DNA of 64,000 nt, from assembly GCA_938084645.1 (NCBI GenBank), contig CALKEP010000022.1, positions 76,176-140,175 on the forward strand, read 5' to 3'. The notes below the pieces were generated by a model. The model did not search any database. It was given only the letters and a program-made list of their open reading frames with translations, and was not told where the DNA came from. This document shows positions 9,650 to 19,353 of this stretch, one piece after another; positions within the stretch are counted from its first letter, which is position 1; each line of letters opens with the position of its first letter. The stretch is from an uncultured Phycisphaerales bacterium (GTDB taxonomy: Bacteria > Planctomycetota > Phycisphaerae > Phycisphaerales > SM1A02). Both the position numbers and the translations under genes were made by a program.

Positions 9650-11127
9650 AGCGCTCGACCCGATCGATCGGACCCTGCCATGCATTCGTCGCGGCGGGAC
9701 TCGTCGGAGTCGCCACCCTCGCCACTGGCGTGATGGCGGCACAGGACGGCGGGCCCGAGGCCGAAGCCGGCCCGCCGGACGTCCTCCTGATCCTGGTCGA
9801 CGATCTCGGTTGTCGCGATCTCTCGGGGGAGGGTCATGCGTTCCACCGGACGCCGAATCTGGACCGCCTTCGGTCGGAGAGCGTTCGCTTCACGAACGCC
9901 TCCTGCAACGGCCCGAACTGTTCGCCGAGTCGTGCGGCGCTCGTGACGGGGCGGCATGGCAGTCGTACCGGCGTCCACACCGTCGGATCGCCGCGGCGTG
10001 GCAAGGACACGGACCGCCGCCTCGAGCCGCCCGCGAATCGATTCCGCATCGCGGAGACCGAGCGTTCGATCGCCGAGGCGCTGGCCGAGGCCGGCTACCG
10101 CACGGGATTCGTCGGCAAGTGGCATGTGAGTGCCGATCCACGCACGCAGGGATTCGACGTCAACGCCGGTGGGAACAAGGCCGGTCATCCGAAGTCCTAT
10201 TTTCCCCCGTATCGGAATCCGGATCTCGAGGACGGGCCCGAAGGCGAGTATCTCGTCGACCGGCTCGCACGGGAGACCATCGGAATCATCGATGGATTCG
10301 AAACCGCGGACGAGGATCGTCCGTGGTTCGTGATGTATGCGCCCTACGCGGTGCACACGCCGATCCAGGCTCCCGCGGCGGCGGTCGCCGAGTTCCGGAC
10401 ACGAAACCCCGGCGTTGATCTCCGGCAGGCTCGCTACGGCGTCATGGTGGAGGCCACGGACCGGGCCATCGGCTCGATTCTGGAACGGATCGACGGCGAT
10501 GGGACGATCGTGTGCTTCGCGAGCGACAACGGCGGGCTTCAGCCGGTGACCGACATGTCGCCCTGGCGCGGTGGGAAGGGCATGTTGTACGAAGGCGGCA
10601 TCCGAACGCCGTTGTACGTTCGCGGTGCCGACTTCAAGCCCCGAGACGTCGAGACGCCCGTGCAGCTCTTCGATCTGCATCCCACCATCACCGAACTCGC
10701 CGGGGTCGGGGCGACCGAGGACGTGGTGATCGACGCGGTCTCGCTCGTGCCGTCCCTTCGTGGGGCGGAAATGGAGCGTGGGCCGATCTTCTGGCACTTC
10801 CCCGCCTATCTCGAAGGCCGGGATGCGGAGAGCAGAAACCCCGACGATCCGTTTCGCACGACGCCCTCCGGGGCGGTGCGCGACGGTCGCTGGAAGCTCG
10901 TGGAGTGGTTCGAGGACGGTGCGCTCGAGCTCTTCGATCTCGAAGCGGATCCCGGTGAACGCGTTGATCGTTCGGCGGATCAGCCGGAGATCCGTGACCG
11001 TCTGGCGTCGCTGCTCCGGGACTGGCGAGCCTCGATCTCGGCGCCCATGCCGCAGCCGATCTCGCCGCCGGGGTCGGGCGCAGCGACCGAGTCGATCGCA
11101 CCACCGAACGCCGACCCCACGGATTGA
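9646..11127 (+). CDS. Formylglycine-dependent (S1) sulfatase
   Basis: DDLG, CSPSRAALVTG, GKWH, SDNGG, YEGGIRTP; signal peptide. Confidence 0.95.
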   Translation: MKRSTRSIGPCHAFVAAGLVGVATLATGVMAAQDGGPEAEAGPPDVLLILVDDLGCRDLSGEGHAFHRTPNLDRLRSESVRFTNASCNGPNCSPSRAALVTGRHGSRTGVHTVGSPRRGKDTDRRLEPPANRFRIAETERSIAEALAEAGYRTGFVGKWHVSADPRTQGFDVNAGGNKAGHPKSYFPPYRNPDLEDGPEGEYLVDRLARETIGIIDGFETADEDRPWFVMYAPYAVHTPIQAPAAAVAEFRTRNPGVDLRQARYGVMVEATDRAIGSILERIDGDGTIVCFASDNGGLQPVTDMSPWRGGKGMLYEGGIRTPLYVRGADFKPRDVETPVQLFDLHPTITELAGVGATEDVVIDAVSLVPSLRGAEMERGPIFWHFPAYLEGRDAESRNPDDPFRTTPSGAVRDGRWKLVEWFEDGALELFDLEADPGERVDRSADQPEIRDRLASLLRDWRASISAPMPQPISPPGSGAATESIAPPNADPTD

Positions 11128-11142
11128 CCGGCGACTCGGGGG

Positions 11143-11670
11143 TCACCAGTCGCCGGCGTATCCCACGTCGAACGTTCCACTGCGCACCGCGGTCAGTTCA
11201 TGCAGCCGGCGAGCGATTTGTCGGAGATGGAGTGCGTCATGGGCGCACCAGGCGGCGAGCAGATCCCCAGCCCGAGGCGAGCCCAGTCGTGGATGGGCCA
11301 GGCGTGGATGCGTCGCTTCGATGGTGAAGTCCAGTTCCTCGATGGTTCTGAGCCACGCGACTTCGGTCCGTCTCACCGCGCGGAACTCGCGAAGGGCCGT
11401 CTCGAGGTTCCGGCCTCGGTAGTCCCGCTCGATCGCCGCGGCGCCCGGATCGATGACCGGCCAGTCCGCATCCGGCGCTTCGAGCGTCATGCGAAGCCTC
11501 GTGCCGAAGTCGTCGAGATCCTCGTCGACGAGGTGACAGACGATCTCGAGCATCGACCAGTCCCCGGGGCCGGGGCGCCATCGGGCGTCTTCGGGGGAGA
11601 TCCCCGAAAGAAGGGCCACGATGCTCTGCGGAAACCGTTCGAGTCGATCGATCATCCAGGCGGCATTCAT
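11143..11670 (-). CDS. DinB family protein
   Basis: WSMLEIVCHL ... HDALHLRQI His triad. Confidence 0.85.
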   Translation of the reverse strand: MNAAWMIDRLERFPQSIVALLSGISPEDARWRPGPGDWSMLEIVCHLVDEDLDDFGTRLRMTLEAPDADWPVIDPGAAAIERDYRGRNLETALREFRAVRRTEVAWLRTIEELDFTIEATHPRLAHPRLGSPRAGDLLAAWCAHDALHLRQIARRLHELTAVRSGTFDVGYAGDW

Positions 11671-11753
11671 GACGCCATTGAACCACCACGTGGCCTCCGG
11701 CGTGATGATCGCCGAGGCGAAAGCCCCCTGCGATCCTTGAAAGCGGCTTGAAT

Positions 11754-12722
11754 TCAGGCGTCCGACGTCCCGGGGTCGGCGTGCGTCTCGAACTCGCCGT
11801 CATCATCGTCGGCGTCCGGCGGAGGCGGAACGACGGCGACCGCGACGTCGTCGAGCTCGGTCAGTCTGCGTCGAGCGGCGACCGCGACCGAGTCGTAGAT
11901 GCTCGCGAGAAGTCCGACCAGCGGGAAACGTCCTTCGAGCGGCGCGTTGCCAAGACGTCGAAGCAGCGCGTGCGGGGCGTACTCCATTCGACGTTCGCGT
12001 CTGAACGTCTCGAGACCGGTGCCGGTGTTCCAGAACGTCTCGATCGCCTGTTCCATCGGGGGCAGGGCGCGGATCGCGGCCGCGGTGCCCGGGATGGGAT
12101 GGGCGCGGCTCACACCACTGGTCGCGAGGAGCCTCGCTTCCTGGAGTCGTTCCAGGAATCTGGGGCCGAAGAGCCCGCGGAGCGTCAGGATCATCAGCGG
12201 ATCGGAATCCATCCGCTCGGCGACGAGATAGAGGGTGGTGACCGCGTGTCGGCAATGCTCGATCCCGCATCCGCACTTCACGGTGACCTGTCCGGGTTCC
12301 GGGAGGAGGGAGAGTCCCGCCGCGGCGAACGGCTCCGCGATCTCCGCGGAGACGTCCCCGGAAACCAGCTTGGCCGTGTACTTGGCTTCCCGGGCCATCG
12401 AACTGACGATGCGATCCCAGTCCTCGCGCCCGATCGATTCGAGCTCGATCCGGACCTCGAAGGGACGGGCGGCGGAATCCTGCACCGTGGCGACGATCCG
12501 CGCCGGTTCGACGTTCAGCAGCACGGTCTGCCCGCGCCGGGCGAAGTCGAGGCCTTCCGACCTGGCGCTGTCCCCGTAGGGGGCGAGGAGTCGATCGAGC
12601 CACGCGCCGGCCGGCCAGCTGAAGGCCACTTCCTCGTCCTTGGTGCGCAGGCGAATGCCGTTGCGCACCTTCCGGGGCGTGTCGTCCTTCCGGCGGAATC
12701 CTTCGTCGCGACTGCTGATCAC
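11754..12722 (-). CDS. SWIM zinc-finger protein
   Basis: GLDFARRGQ, ATVQDS..PFEV, CGCGIEHCRH (CxCxnCxH), DPLMILTLRG; GTGA-coupled to SNF2. Confidence 0.85.
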   Translation of the reverse strand: MISSRDEGFRRKDDTPRKVRNGIRLRTKDEEVAFSWPAGAWLDRLLAPYGDSARSEGLDFARRGQTVLLNVEPARIVATVQDSAARPFEVRIELESIGREDWDRIVSSMAREAKYTAKLVSGDVSAEIAEPFAAAGLSLLPEPGQVTVKCGCGIEHCRHAVTTLYLVAERMDSDPLMILTLRGLFGPRFLERLQEARLLATSGVSRAHPIPGTAAAIRALPPMEQAIETFWNTGTGLETFRRERRMEYAPHALLRRLGNAPLEGRFPLVGLLASIYDSVAVAARRRLTELDDVAVAVVPPPPDADDDDGEFETHADPGTSDA

Positions 12723-15700
12723 GCGTCATCCTCCTCGTCGACCGCGGTCTCGCGAAGCGCGAGAACGTCGCGAAGCTGGTTCGAACTGAGTTCGGTGAGC
12801 CACGACTCGCCGGCGCCGATGATTCGGCGGGCGAGGTCGGTCTTCTGCTCGATCATCTGGTCGATCCGCTCCTCGAGCGTGCCCGAGGTGATCATCTTGT
12901 GGACGTTCACGGTCCGGGTCTGTCCGATGCGGAAGGCCCGGTCGGTGGCCTGGTTCTCCACCGCGGGGTTCCACCAGCGATCGAAGTGGATGACGTGGTT
13001 CGCGCTCGTGAGGTTCACGCCGACGCCACCGGCCTTGAGCGAGAGGATGAAGATGGGCGCCGCTTCGCGGTTCTGGAATCGCTCGATCATCTGATCCCGA
13101 CGTCCCTGCGGCGTGCCACCGTGCAGGAAGAGCGGTTCCATGTCGAACTCCTGGCGGAGGATCGTGGAGAGCAGATGGCCCATCTGTCGGAACTGCGTGA
13201 AGATCAGCGCCTGGTCCTCCGCGGCCATGACCTCTTCCAGGATCTCGACGAGCCGGATGCTCTTGCCGGATCGCTGGCTGAGGCGTTCGCCCTTCTTCGG
13301 CGCGAGATCCGTCTCCCGAAGGAAGTGGGCCGGATGGTTGCAGATCTGCTTCAGTCGCACGAGTCCGGAGAGGACCAGTCCGCGGCGACGGATTCCCGTC
13401 GCTTCGTCGACCTTGCGAAGCATGTCCTGGACGACGGTGTCGTAGAGCTTGGCCTGCTCGGTGGTGAGCTGGACGTGCTGGCGGTTCTCGACCAACGGAG
13501 GGAGATCGTCGGCCACGCCGTCGTCGGTCTTGAGGCGTCGAAGCACGAAGGGACCGACGAGATGCCGTAGCCGTTCCGCGCGGCGTTCGTCGCGGTGTCG
13601 TTCGATCGGAATCGCGAAGCGTCGCCGGAAGTCGCCCTGCGGACCGAGGAATCCCGGCAGGCAGAACTCCATGATCGACCAGAGTTCGGTCAGCCGGTTC
13701 TCGACCGGGGTACCGGTCAGGGCGATGCGATGTCGACTCTGGATCGACCGGATCGCCGTCGCCTGCTTGGTCGGCGGGTTCTTCACGTGCTGGGCCTCGT
13801 CGAGCACCACGCGTTCCCAGTCGATCAGTTCGATCCACGGGCGGTCGCGGCTCACCAGCGCGTAGGTGGTGACCACCACGTCGCATTCGGCGACCTTCTC
13901 GACGAAGCCGTCTCCCACCGGGCGATCGGGACCGTGCTGGATGTGGACTCGCAGCTCGGGGGCGAATCGCTCGAGTTCACGTCGCCAGTTGCCGGCCACG
14001 GACATCGGGCAGACCAGGAGGGTCGGTCCGACCTGGCCGGGCCGGACCTCCCGCTCGTGCTGGAGCAGTGCGATCATCTGGATCGTCTTGCCGAGGCCCA
14101 TGTCGTCGGCGAGGCAGCCGCCGAGGCCGAACCGATCGAGGAACGCGAGCCACGCGAGGCCGCGCTCCTGGTACGGCCGAAGCTTGCCGACGAAGTTCGC
14201 CGGGACCTTCACCGGTCGGGCGGAGTCGTCCGGGATCCCATCCTCGCCGAGCAGTTCCTTGATCCAGCCGTCGGTGCGGACGCCGGTGATCGGCGGCATC
14301 TCGCCGTCCTCTTCGCCCACCGACGCGAGTCGAAGCACTTCGCCGAGGGTGGCGGCGCCGCCGGGATGCTTGTCGAGGAAGACCTTGGCTCGTTCGAAGT
14401 CCTCGGATCGGATCTCGACCCAGCTGTCGCCGACGCGGACGAGCGGGACGCCGCTCTCGGCGAGTCGTCGCAGTTCCTCGAGACCGACGTTCTGGTCGCC
14501 GATCGAGATCTCCCACGAGTAGTCGACGAGGCTCGACAGTCCCATCGCCGGCGGCTTGTCCGAGTCGCCGTGCGGTTCGATGATCATCCGCACGCCGATG
14601 CGGCTGGCGGTGCTTCCCCACCAGGACGGCGAAAGCACCTCGATGCCCGCCTCCTGCAGGATCGGCCGAGCCTCCTGCAGAAAGGCGTGGGCCTCCGGGG
14701 TGGACAGGTCCATGCCGGCGGGGTTGGTGCCTTCGAGGGCCCGCTTGAGATTCGGCCAGATCCGTTCGGCGCGTCCGAGTTCGGCGAGCAGGAGGTCACC
14801 GGGGGTCTCTTCGGAGCCCACCACCGACGCGAGTCGGCCGCCGCCGCCGTCCGCCCAGATGTCCTCGGCGTCCACGATGATCGGCGGATCGTCGGTGACG
14901 AGCAGGTGGAAGCCCAGTGGCCACGTCGCCTTTTCGATGTCCTCCGGCGAGGCATCGAGCACGCCTTCGAGCGGCTCGGTCAACTGCAGGCAGAGTCGGA
15001 CGGCGCGACCCTCCACGGGATCGATCAGGCCGCCGAGCCAGAGTCGCATGCCGCGGCTCACGTCGACGTTGGTCTCCCGTGACGTCCCGGTGTTCCGATC
15101 GGGGCCGAGCAGGCCGCCGAGCATCGCCACCTGATGGTCCGCTTCGGGATCGCGATCCTCGATCGCTTCGAGGTAGTCCTCGCTCACGAGGGTCTGTCGT
15201 ACCAGCGCGTCCACCATCGCCTCGAGCGAGGACTCGATCGCGGCCCATCGGTCGGAGGTCGCGAAGTCCGTGGTCGCGATCGCGACCGAAGGCATTCCGG
15301 TCGCGAGGTGGCGGAGAGGTTCGGCGAGTTCGCCGTCCGCGAGCCAGGGGACCCAGCGTCCCCGAAGGGGGCCGCCTTCCACCTGGATCACCGACGGAAC
15401 GAAACGCTGGTCGACGAGAAGCTCGATCGCGAAGGTGGCCACTTCGGACCAGAAGCGGATGTCGTGCCCGATCACCAGGTCGTCCGGGGCTCGTTCCACG
15501 ATCCTCGGAAAGAGCTCCACGGCGGTGGTCGCATCGATTTCGAGGCAGGGCACGGCGGCTTGGGCGAGATGAAGATCCTCGGTGTCCGGCGTGTTGATCG
15601 CGAGCCTCGTGGCGAGGGCGAGTCCGGGCACCGGGGTCTCGGTCGTCTCGTTCCGATCGTGCGGAAGTCGGAGGATCACGTCATCGACCGGTTTCAGTCG

Positions 15701-15916
15701 GTCTTCACCGAGAATCCCGTCGAGCGCGAGGCGAAGTGTTTCATGGGATGCCGCGAACGGATGCTTCGCCACCGCCGCCTTGGCGGTCGCCACACCGCCA
15801 TCGCCGTCGGGCGACGCGGTCGTCACCGGCTCGACGGAAGGCGGGTCGGGATCTCGAAGCCGATCCCCCTGCTCTCCCCAGAGAAGCCAGGCGTCGCCTT
15901 TGATCACGCCATGCAA
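12719..15916 (-). CDS. SNF2-family DEAD/H helicase (DUF3670 type); true start may be ATT at 15940
   Basis: LRPYQ, LADDMGLGKT, DEAQ, TGTPVEN, LRRLK, SLKAGGVGVNLT, WWNPAVENQATDRAFRIGQ. Confidence 0.95.
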   Translation of the reverse strand: MHGVIKGDAWLLWGEQGDRLRDPDPPSVEPVTTASPDGDGGVATAKAAVAKHPFAASHETLRLALDGILGEDRLKPVDDVILRLPHDRNETTETPVPGLALATRLAINTPDTEDLHLAQAAVPCLEIDATTAVELFPRIVERAPDDLVIGHDIRFWSEVATFAIELLVDQRFVPSVIQVEGGPLRGRWVPWLADGELAEPLRHLATGMPSVAIATTDFATSDRWAAIESSLEAMVDALVRQTLVSEDYLEAIEDRDPEADHQVAMLGGLLGPDRNTGTSRETNVDVSRGMRLWLGGLIDPVEGRAVRLCLQLTEPLEGVLDASPEDIEKATWPLGFHLLVTDDPPIIVDAEDIWADGGGGRLASVVGSEETPGDLLLAELGRAERIWPNLKRALEGTNPAGMDLSTPEAHAFLQEARPILQEAGIEVLSPSWWGSTASRIGVRMIIEPHGDSDKPPAMGLSSLVDYSWEISIGDQNVGLEELRRLAESGVPLVRVGDSWVEIRSEDFERAKVFLDKHPGGAATLGEVLRLASVGEEDGEMPPITGVRTDGWIKELLGEDGIPDDSARPVKVPANFVGKLRPYQERGLAWLAFLDRFGLGGCLADDMGLGKTIQMIALLQHEREVRPGQVGPTLLVCPMSVAGNWRRELERFAPELRVHIQHGPDRPVGDGFVEKVAECDVVVTTYALVSRDRPWIELIDWERVVLDEAQHVKNPPTKQATAIRSIQSRHRIALTGTPVENRLTELWSIMEFCLPGFLGPQGDFRRRFAIPIERHRDERRAERLRHLVGPFVLRRLKTDDGVADDLPPLVENRQHVQLTTEQAKLYDTVVQDMLRKVDEATGIRRRGLVLSGLVRLKQICNHPAHFLRETDLAPKKGERLSQRSGKSIRLVEILEEVMAAEDQALIFTQFRQMGHLLSTILRQEFDMEPLFLHGGTPQGRRDQMIERFQNREAAPIFILSLKAGGVGVNLTSANHVIHFDRWWNPAVENQATDRAFRIGQTRTVNVHKMITSGTLEERIDQMIEQKTDLARRIIGAGESWLTELSSNQLRDVLALRETAVDEEDDA

Positions 15917-16106
15917 GACGATCGTCGGGGTTCCGGAAATGACTGGCGACCTCCATGTCGCGACGGTGTGCCGCGCGTCGAGTCTGAAACGCGATGTCGA
16001 TCACGCTTCCGACGTCCCACGAATCTCGATCGGCGTCCGTTTCCGACGGCTCCGATCAACTGTCCATCCGGTCACCGTGCATCGCGGGCAGGCACGAGAC
16101 TCGGAG

Positions 16107-16179
16107 TGATTCCGCTGGGGCTCGAACCCAGGACCTGGCGATTAAAAGTCGCATGCTCTACCAACTGAGCTACGGAATC
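16107..16179 (-). tRNA. tRNA-Lys(UUU), CCA not encoded
   Basis: Reverse complement: GATTCCG-TA-GCTCAGTTGGTAGAGC-A-TGCGA-CTTTTAA-TCGCC-AGGTC-CTGGG-TTCGAGC-CCCAG-CGGAATC-A; full cloverleaf, 73 nt. Confidence 0.97.
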
Positions 16180-16579
16180 CCGAGTCCCAAAGTGTAGTGG
16201 AGTCCGCGTTGAAAGTTCGCGACTCGTCGTCGGATCCGGAAATCGTCCACAGCAGGCCTGCGGAGGCGAGGCTCCATGGAGGATGGTCGCTGGAGGCGGG
16301 TCGTTCGGTTCGAATCCTGATGCTGGTCCTTCGAGCGGCTCCACCCGGCCCGCCCGGCATCTTCGAGGGGCCAGCCGGCTGGCCTTGTTGAAGTGGTTAT
16401 CAGACCTTGCGGGCGTTGATCATGCGTGTTGGGGAAGGATCAGGGGGGGGTGGAGGCCGAGTTTCCGGCGGCATGATCGGCATGAAGTGACAAATCCCGA
16501 GAGTCCGGCTGAATCGCCCCTCCGAGGCGGCCGATGGCTCTCTCGCGGCAGAACGAATCGCCGCGCGGAGACCACGACC

Positions 16580-17983
16580 ATGTCCACCAGTCCTTCCCAT
16601 CGTCCTGCCTCGCCCGCCGTCCCCCGCGGTGTCGGCTCGCTCGTCATGTCCGCGATCGCCGCGATCGGCACGGCGGTCTTCGCCATGCAGCTCGGTGGTT
16701 GTGCCACCGAGACCGCGAACGGCAACGGCGATCTCGCCGCGGTGAACGCCTCGGCATCCAACGTCGACTCGGAGTCGGGTGCCGCCTGGGCGTCCCCGAC
16801 CTATCGGGACGGCTGGTACGAGGACACCACGGACACGGGCTGGAACACGCCTGTCACCCCCGCGACGCAGACCGTCGCGTTCGATTCGACCCCCGACGTC
16901 AACAGCGGCTGGGTCGAAGCGGATTCGTCGGGCGACTCGGGGGCGCAGGTCGCGTTCACCGCCACCAATCGACCGGTGGCCGACGCCACCGCCGTCCGGA
17001 TGAGCATGTTCGCCGACTTCGGAGGCACCGCCCCGGAGGGCGACTGGAACGGCGGAGAGGGCAACCTCTTCCAGGTCAGTTTCGCGGCCGAGGGTGCTGA
17101 CTTCGACCCCGACGTCTCGAGCGACGGGGAGTGGATCATCTTCGCCTCGACCCAGCACCGCGAGGACGCGGACATCTATCGCAAGACCATCGACGGTCGC
17201 GTCGTCACCCAGCTGACTTCCGATCCCGCCCAGGACGTGATGCCCGAGATCGCGCCGGATGGCCGCAAGGTGGTCTTCACGAGCGATCGCAACGGCAACT
17301 GGGACGTCTTCGTGATGTCCGTGGACGGTGGCCCCGCCACGCAGATCACCTTCGACGACGCCCATGAACTTCATCCCACGTGGTCCCCCGATGGCAGCCG
17401 GCTCTGCTACTGCCGGTTCAACGACCGAACGGCGCGTTGGGAACTCTGGACCGTCTCCCTGGAGCGGCCCGGTGTCCGGACCTTCGTCTGCGAGGGCATG
17501 TTCCCGCGGTGGTCGCCCGACTCATCGACCGACCGGATTCTCTTCCAGCGGGCCCGCCAGCGCGGCAGCCAGCTCTACGGAGTCTGGACCATCGATCTCA
17601 CCGAAGCCGGTGGCGCGAATCCCACGGAAGTCGTCGCCGCCGGCGACGCGGCGATCATGCATCCGACCTGGTCCCCGGACGGCACGCGGATCGCGTTCAC
17701 GTCGGTCGAACGCCCCGAGGTGTCCGAGGACGGCATGCCCGTCGAGAGTGACATCTGGGTGATTCAGGCGGACGGCATGGGACGAACGGCCCTGACTTCA
17801 GGCGGCTTCCGCAACATGCGACCGACCTGGGCAGCCGATGGGCGGGTCTACTTCACCAGCAACCGAGGCGGCCTCGACGTCATCTGGGCGGTCTCAGGGA
17901 ATGCTCCGGGCGTCTTCGACGCTCCCGGTGCCATCGCCCCGCAGACGGTCGCGGGTGCCGGCGGGCACGATGACGACCACTGA
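16580..17983 (+). CDS. TolB-like PD40 beta-propeller lipoprotein
   Basis: LGGC lipobox; repeats PDVSSDG, PEIAPDG, PTWSPDG, PRWSPD, PTWSPDG, PTWAADG. Confidence 0.88.
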   Translation: MSTSPSHRPASPAVPRGVGSLVMSAIAAIGTAVFAMQLGGCATETANGNGDLAAVNASASNVDSESGAAWASPTYRDGWYEDTTDTGWNTPVTPATQTVAFDSTPDVNSGWVEADSSGDSGAQVAFTATNRPVADATAVRMSMFADFGGTAPEGDWNGGEGNLFQVSFAAEGADFDPDVSSDGEWIIFASTQHREDADIYRKTIDGRVVTQLTSDPAQDVMPEIAPDGRKVVFTSDRNGNWDVFVMSVDGGPATQITFDDAHELHPTWSPDGSRLCYCRFNDRTARWELWTVSLERPGVRTFVCEGMFPRWSPDSSTDRILFQRARQRGSQLYGVWTIDLTEAGGANPTEVVAAGDAAIMHPTWSPDGTRIAFTSVERPEVSEDGMPVESDIWVIQADGMGRTALTSGGFRNMRPTWAADGRVYFTSNRGGLDVIWAVSGNAPGVFDAPGAIAPQTVAGAGGHDDDH

Positions 17984-18217
17984 GCCGAAGCGGCTGCGGC
18001 CGCTCGACGATCGATGATTCCGCGGGGTCGGCCGACAAGGCCGGCCCCGCGGTCTCATTCAGGGGGGTGCGACGGGGTCAGGGGCGGGCCTCGCCTCTCC
18101 GAGTGGGACAGATCCTTCTTTTCTGCCGTTCCGCCGAGAGATCGGCCGATGAAACGGATCGTACGGATGGGAGACATCCGGACGTCGCCCCTCGCGAGGT
18201 CACTCAGGCAGGACGCC

Positions 18218-19039
18218 ATGACAACCGTATTCGTCTCAGAAAAACGCCCATCACACGGGTGCGGTCGGTGGTTCGAGCGACTCGTGCGATGCGCCATTCG
18301 TCCGGTGCTCGTCGCCTCGATCGCCGGTCCGGTGATCAGCGGCCTTGCCGGCTGCGAGACGACCGAGCGAAAGCTGCAACCGTCCGAGCCGATCATCGCG
18401 CCCTATGCCGCGAATCTCGTGGTGGCCCCCTTCGGCAACGACTCCGGGGTGGTGATCCGCCCCGATCAGCAGGCGTCGGTCTCGGACAAGTTGGTCGTCG
18501 CGCTCAACGGCGTGCAGGGGTGGCAGGCGGTTCCCCTGAACCGCACCCTCGAAGCCATGCGACAGATCGGCCTCGCCGAGATTCGAACGCTCGACGAGGC
18601 ACGATCGATCCTGCGGCTCATCGGGGGCGATGGGATCGTGGTGGGAACGATCACGGAATGGAACCCCTACGATCCACCGCGCTTCGGTGCGAACATCCTG
18701 CTCGTCGCGGACGAGGACGAGGTCCAGGAGGCGTTCGAATCCCGGCGTCTCACCGGTCGCACCGGAGACCGCGGCACGGATTCCGATGCCCCCGTGCGCA
18801 CGCTGACCGACGTGGTCGCCGTCTTCGACGCCACGAACCACACGGTGCGGGGTCAGGTCCGCGAGTACGCGAAGAGCAACGACGACGTCACGGATGGATT
18901 CGATCCCCCCGAGCGCTACTACCTGATGGTCTACGACCACTGGCTTGATTTCGCGGCGTCGGAACTGGTGTCGAGCCTCGTCGATCGAGAGCGAGCCCGG
19001 GTGAACAACGTCCGGGCCGCCGCCGCCTCCAGCGACTGA
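18218..19039 (+). CDS. Hypothetical lipoprotein, CsgG/TolB-N-like alpha/beta fold suspected
   Basis: LAGC lipobox; LVVAPFGNDSG...SDKLVVAL...IGGDGIVVGTITEW pattern. Confidence 0.65.
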   Translation: MTTVFVSEKRPSHGCGRWFERLVRCAIRPVLVASIAGPVISGLAGCETTERKLQPSEPIIAPYAANLVVAPFGNDSGVVIRPDQQASVSDKLVVALNGVQGWQAVPLNRTLEAMRQIGLAEIRTLDEARSILRLIGGDGIVVGTITEWNPYDPPRFGANILLVADEDEVQEAFESRRLTGRTGDRGTDSDAPVRTLTDVVAVFDATNHTVRGQVREYAKSNDDVTDGFDPPERYYLMVYDHWLDFAASELVSSLVDRERARVNNVRAAAASSD

Positions 19040-19353
19040 CGGCGGGGATCCGTTCGGTGAGATTCCAAGCTCGGTACACGCTCGTCTTCAGCGAGCGGAT
19101 GTCGAATCGTCCACTCGGGACATCGAAGATTCATGCGGTGGAGCCCCCTTTTTCGTGCCCTGCGGGGGGTCGGTGAGAGACGAAGACGGATTTTTTCAGA
19201 AGTCCGGTAAGGGGACTGAACCCGGCCCCCTTCCGCGTCGATATCGGAACGGCGAGTCTCGTTATTCGGGCGACGGAATGCCCGGCGAACGAGCGATTCA
19301 GAAGCGGTAGCGGACGACCCCTCCAGGCGTCCCCAGACAAAGGTTCGTACGCG

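Noticed and set aside
16255..16330. Second tRNA suggested by GGTTCGAATCC at ~16307-16317
   Set aside because: The T-stem is imperfect and I could not build acceptor, D or anticodon arms.
19040..19353. Several small hairpins upstream of xerC as an ncRNA or dif site
   Set aside because: The stems are short with no tetraloop or family signature, and no AT-rich 28-bp dif-like site was seen.
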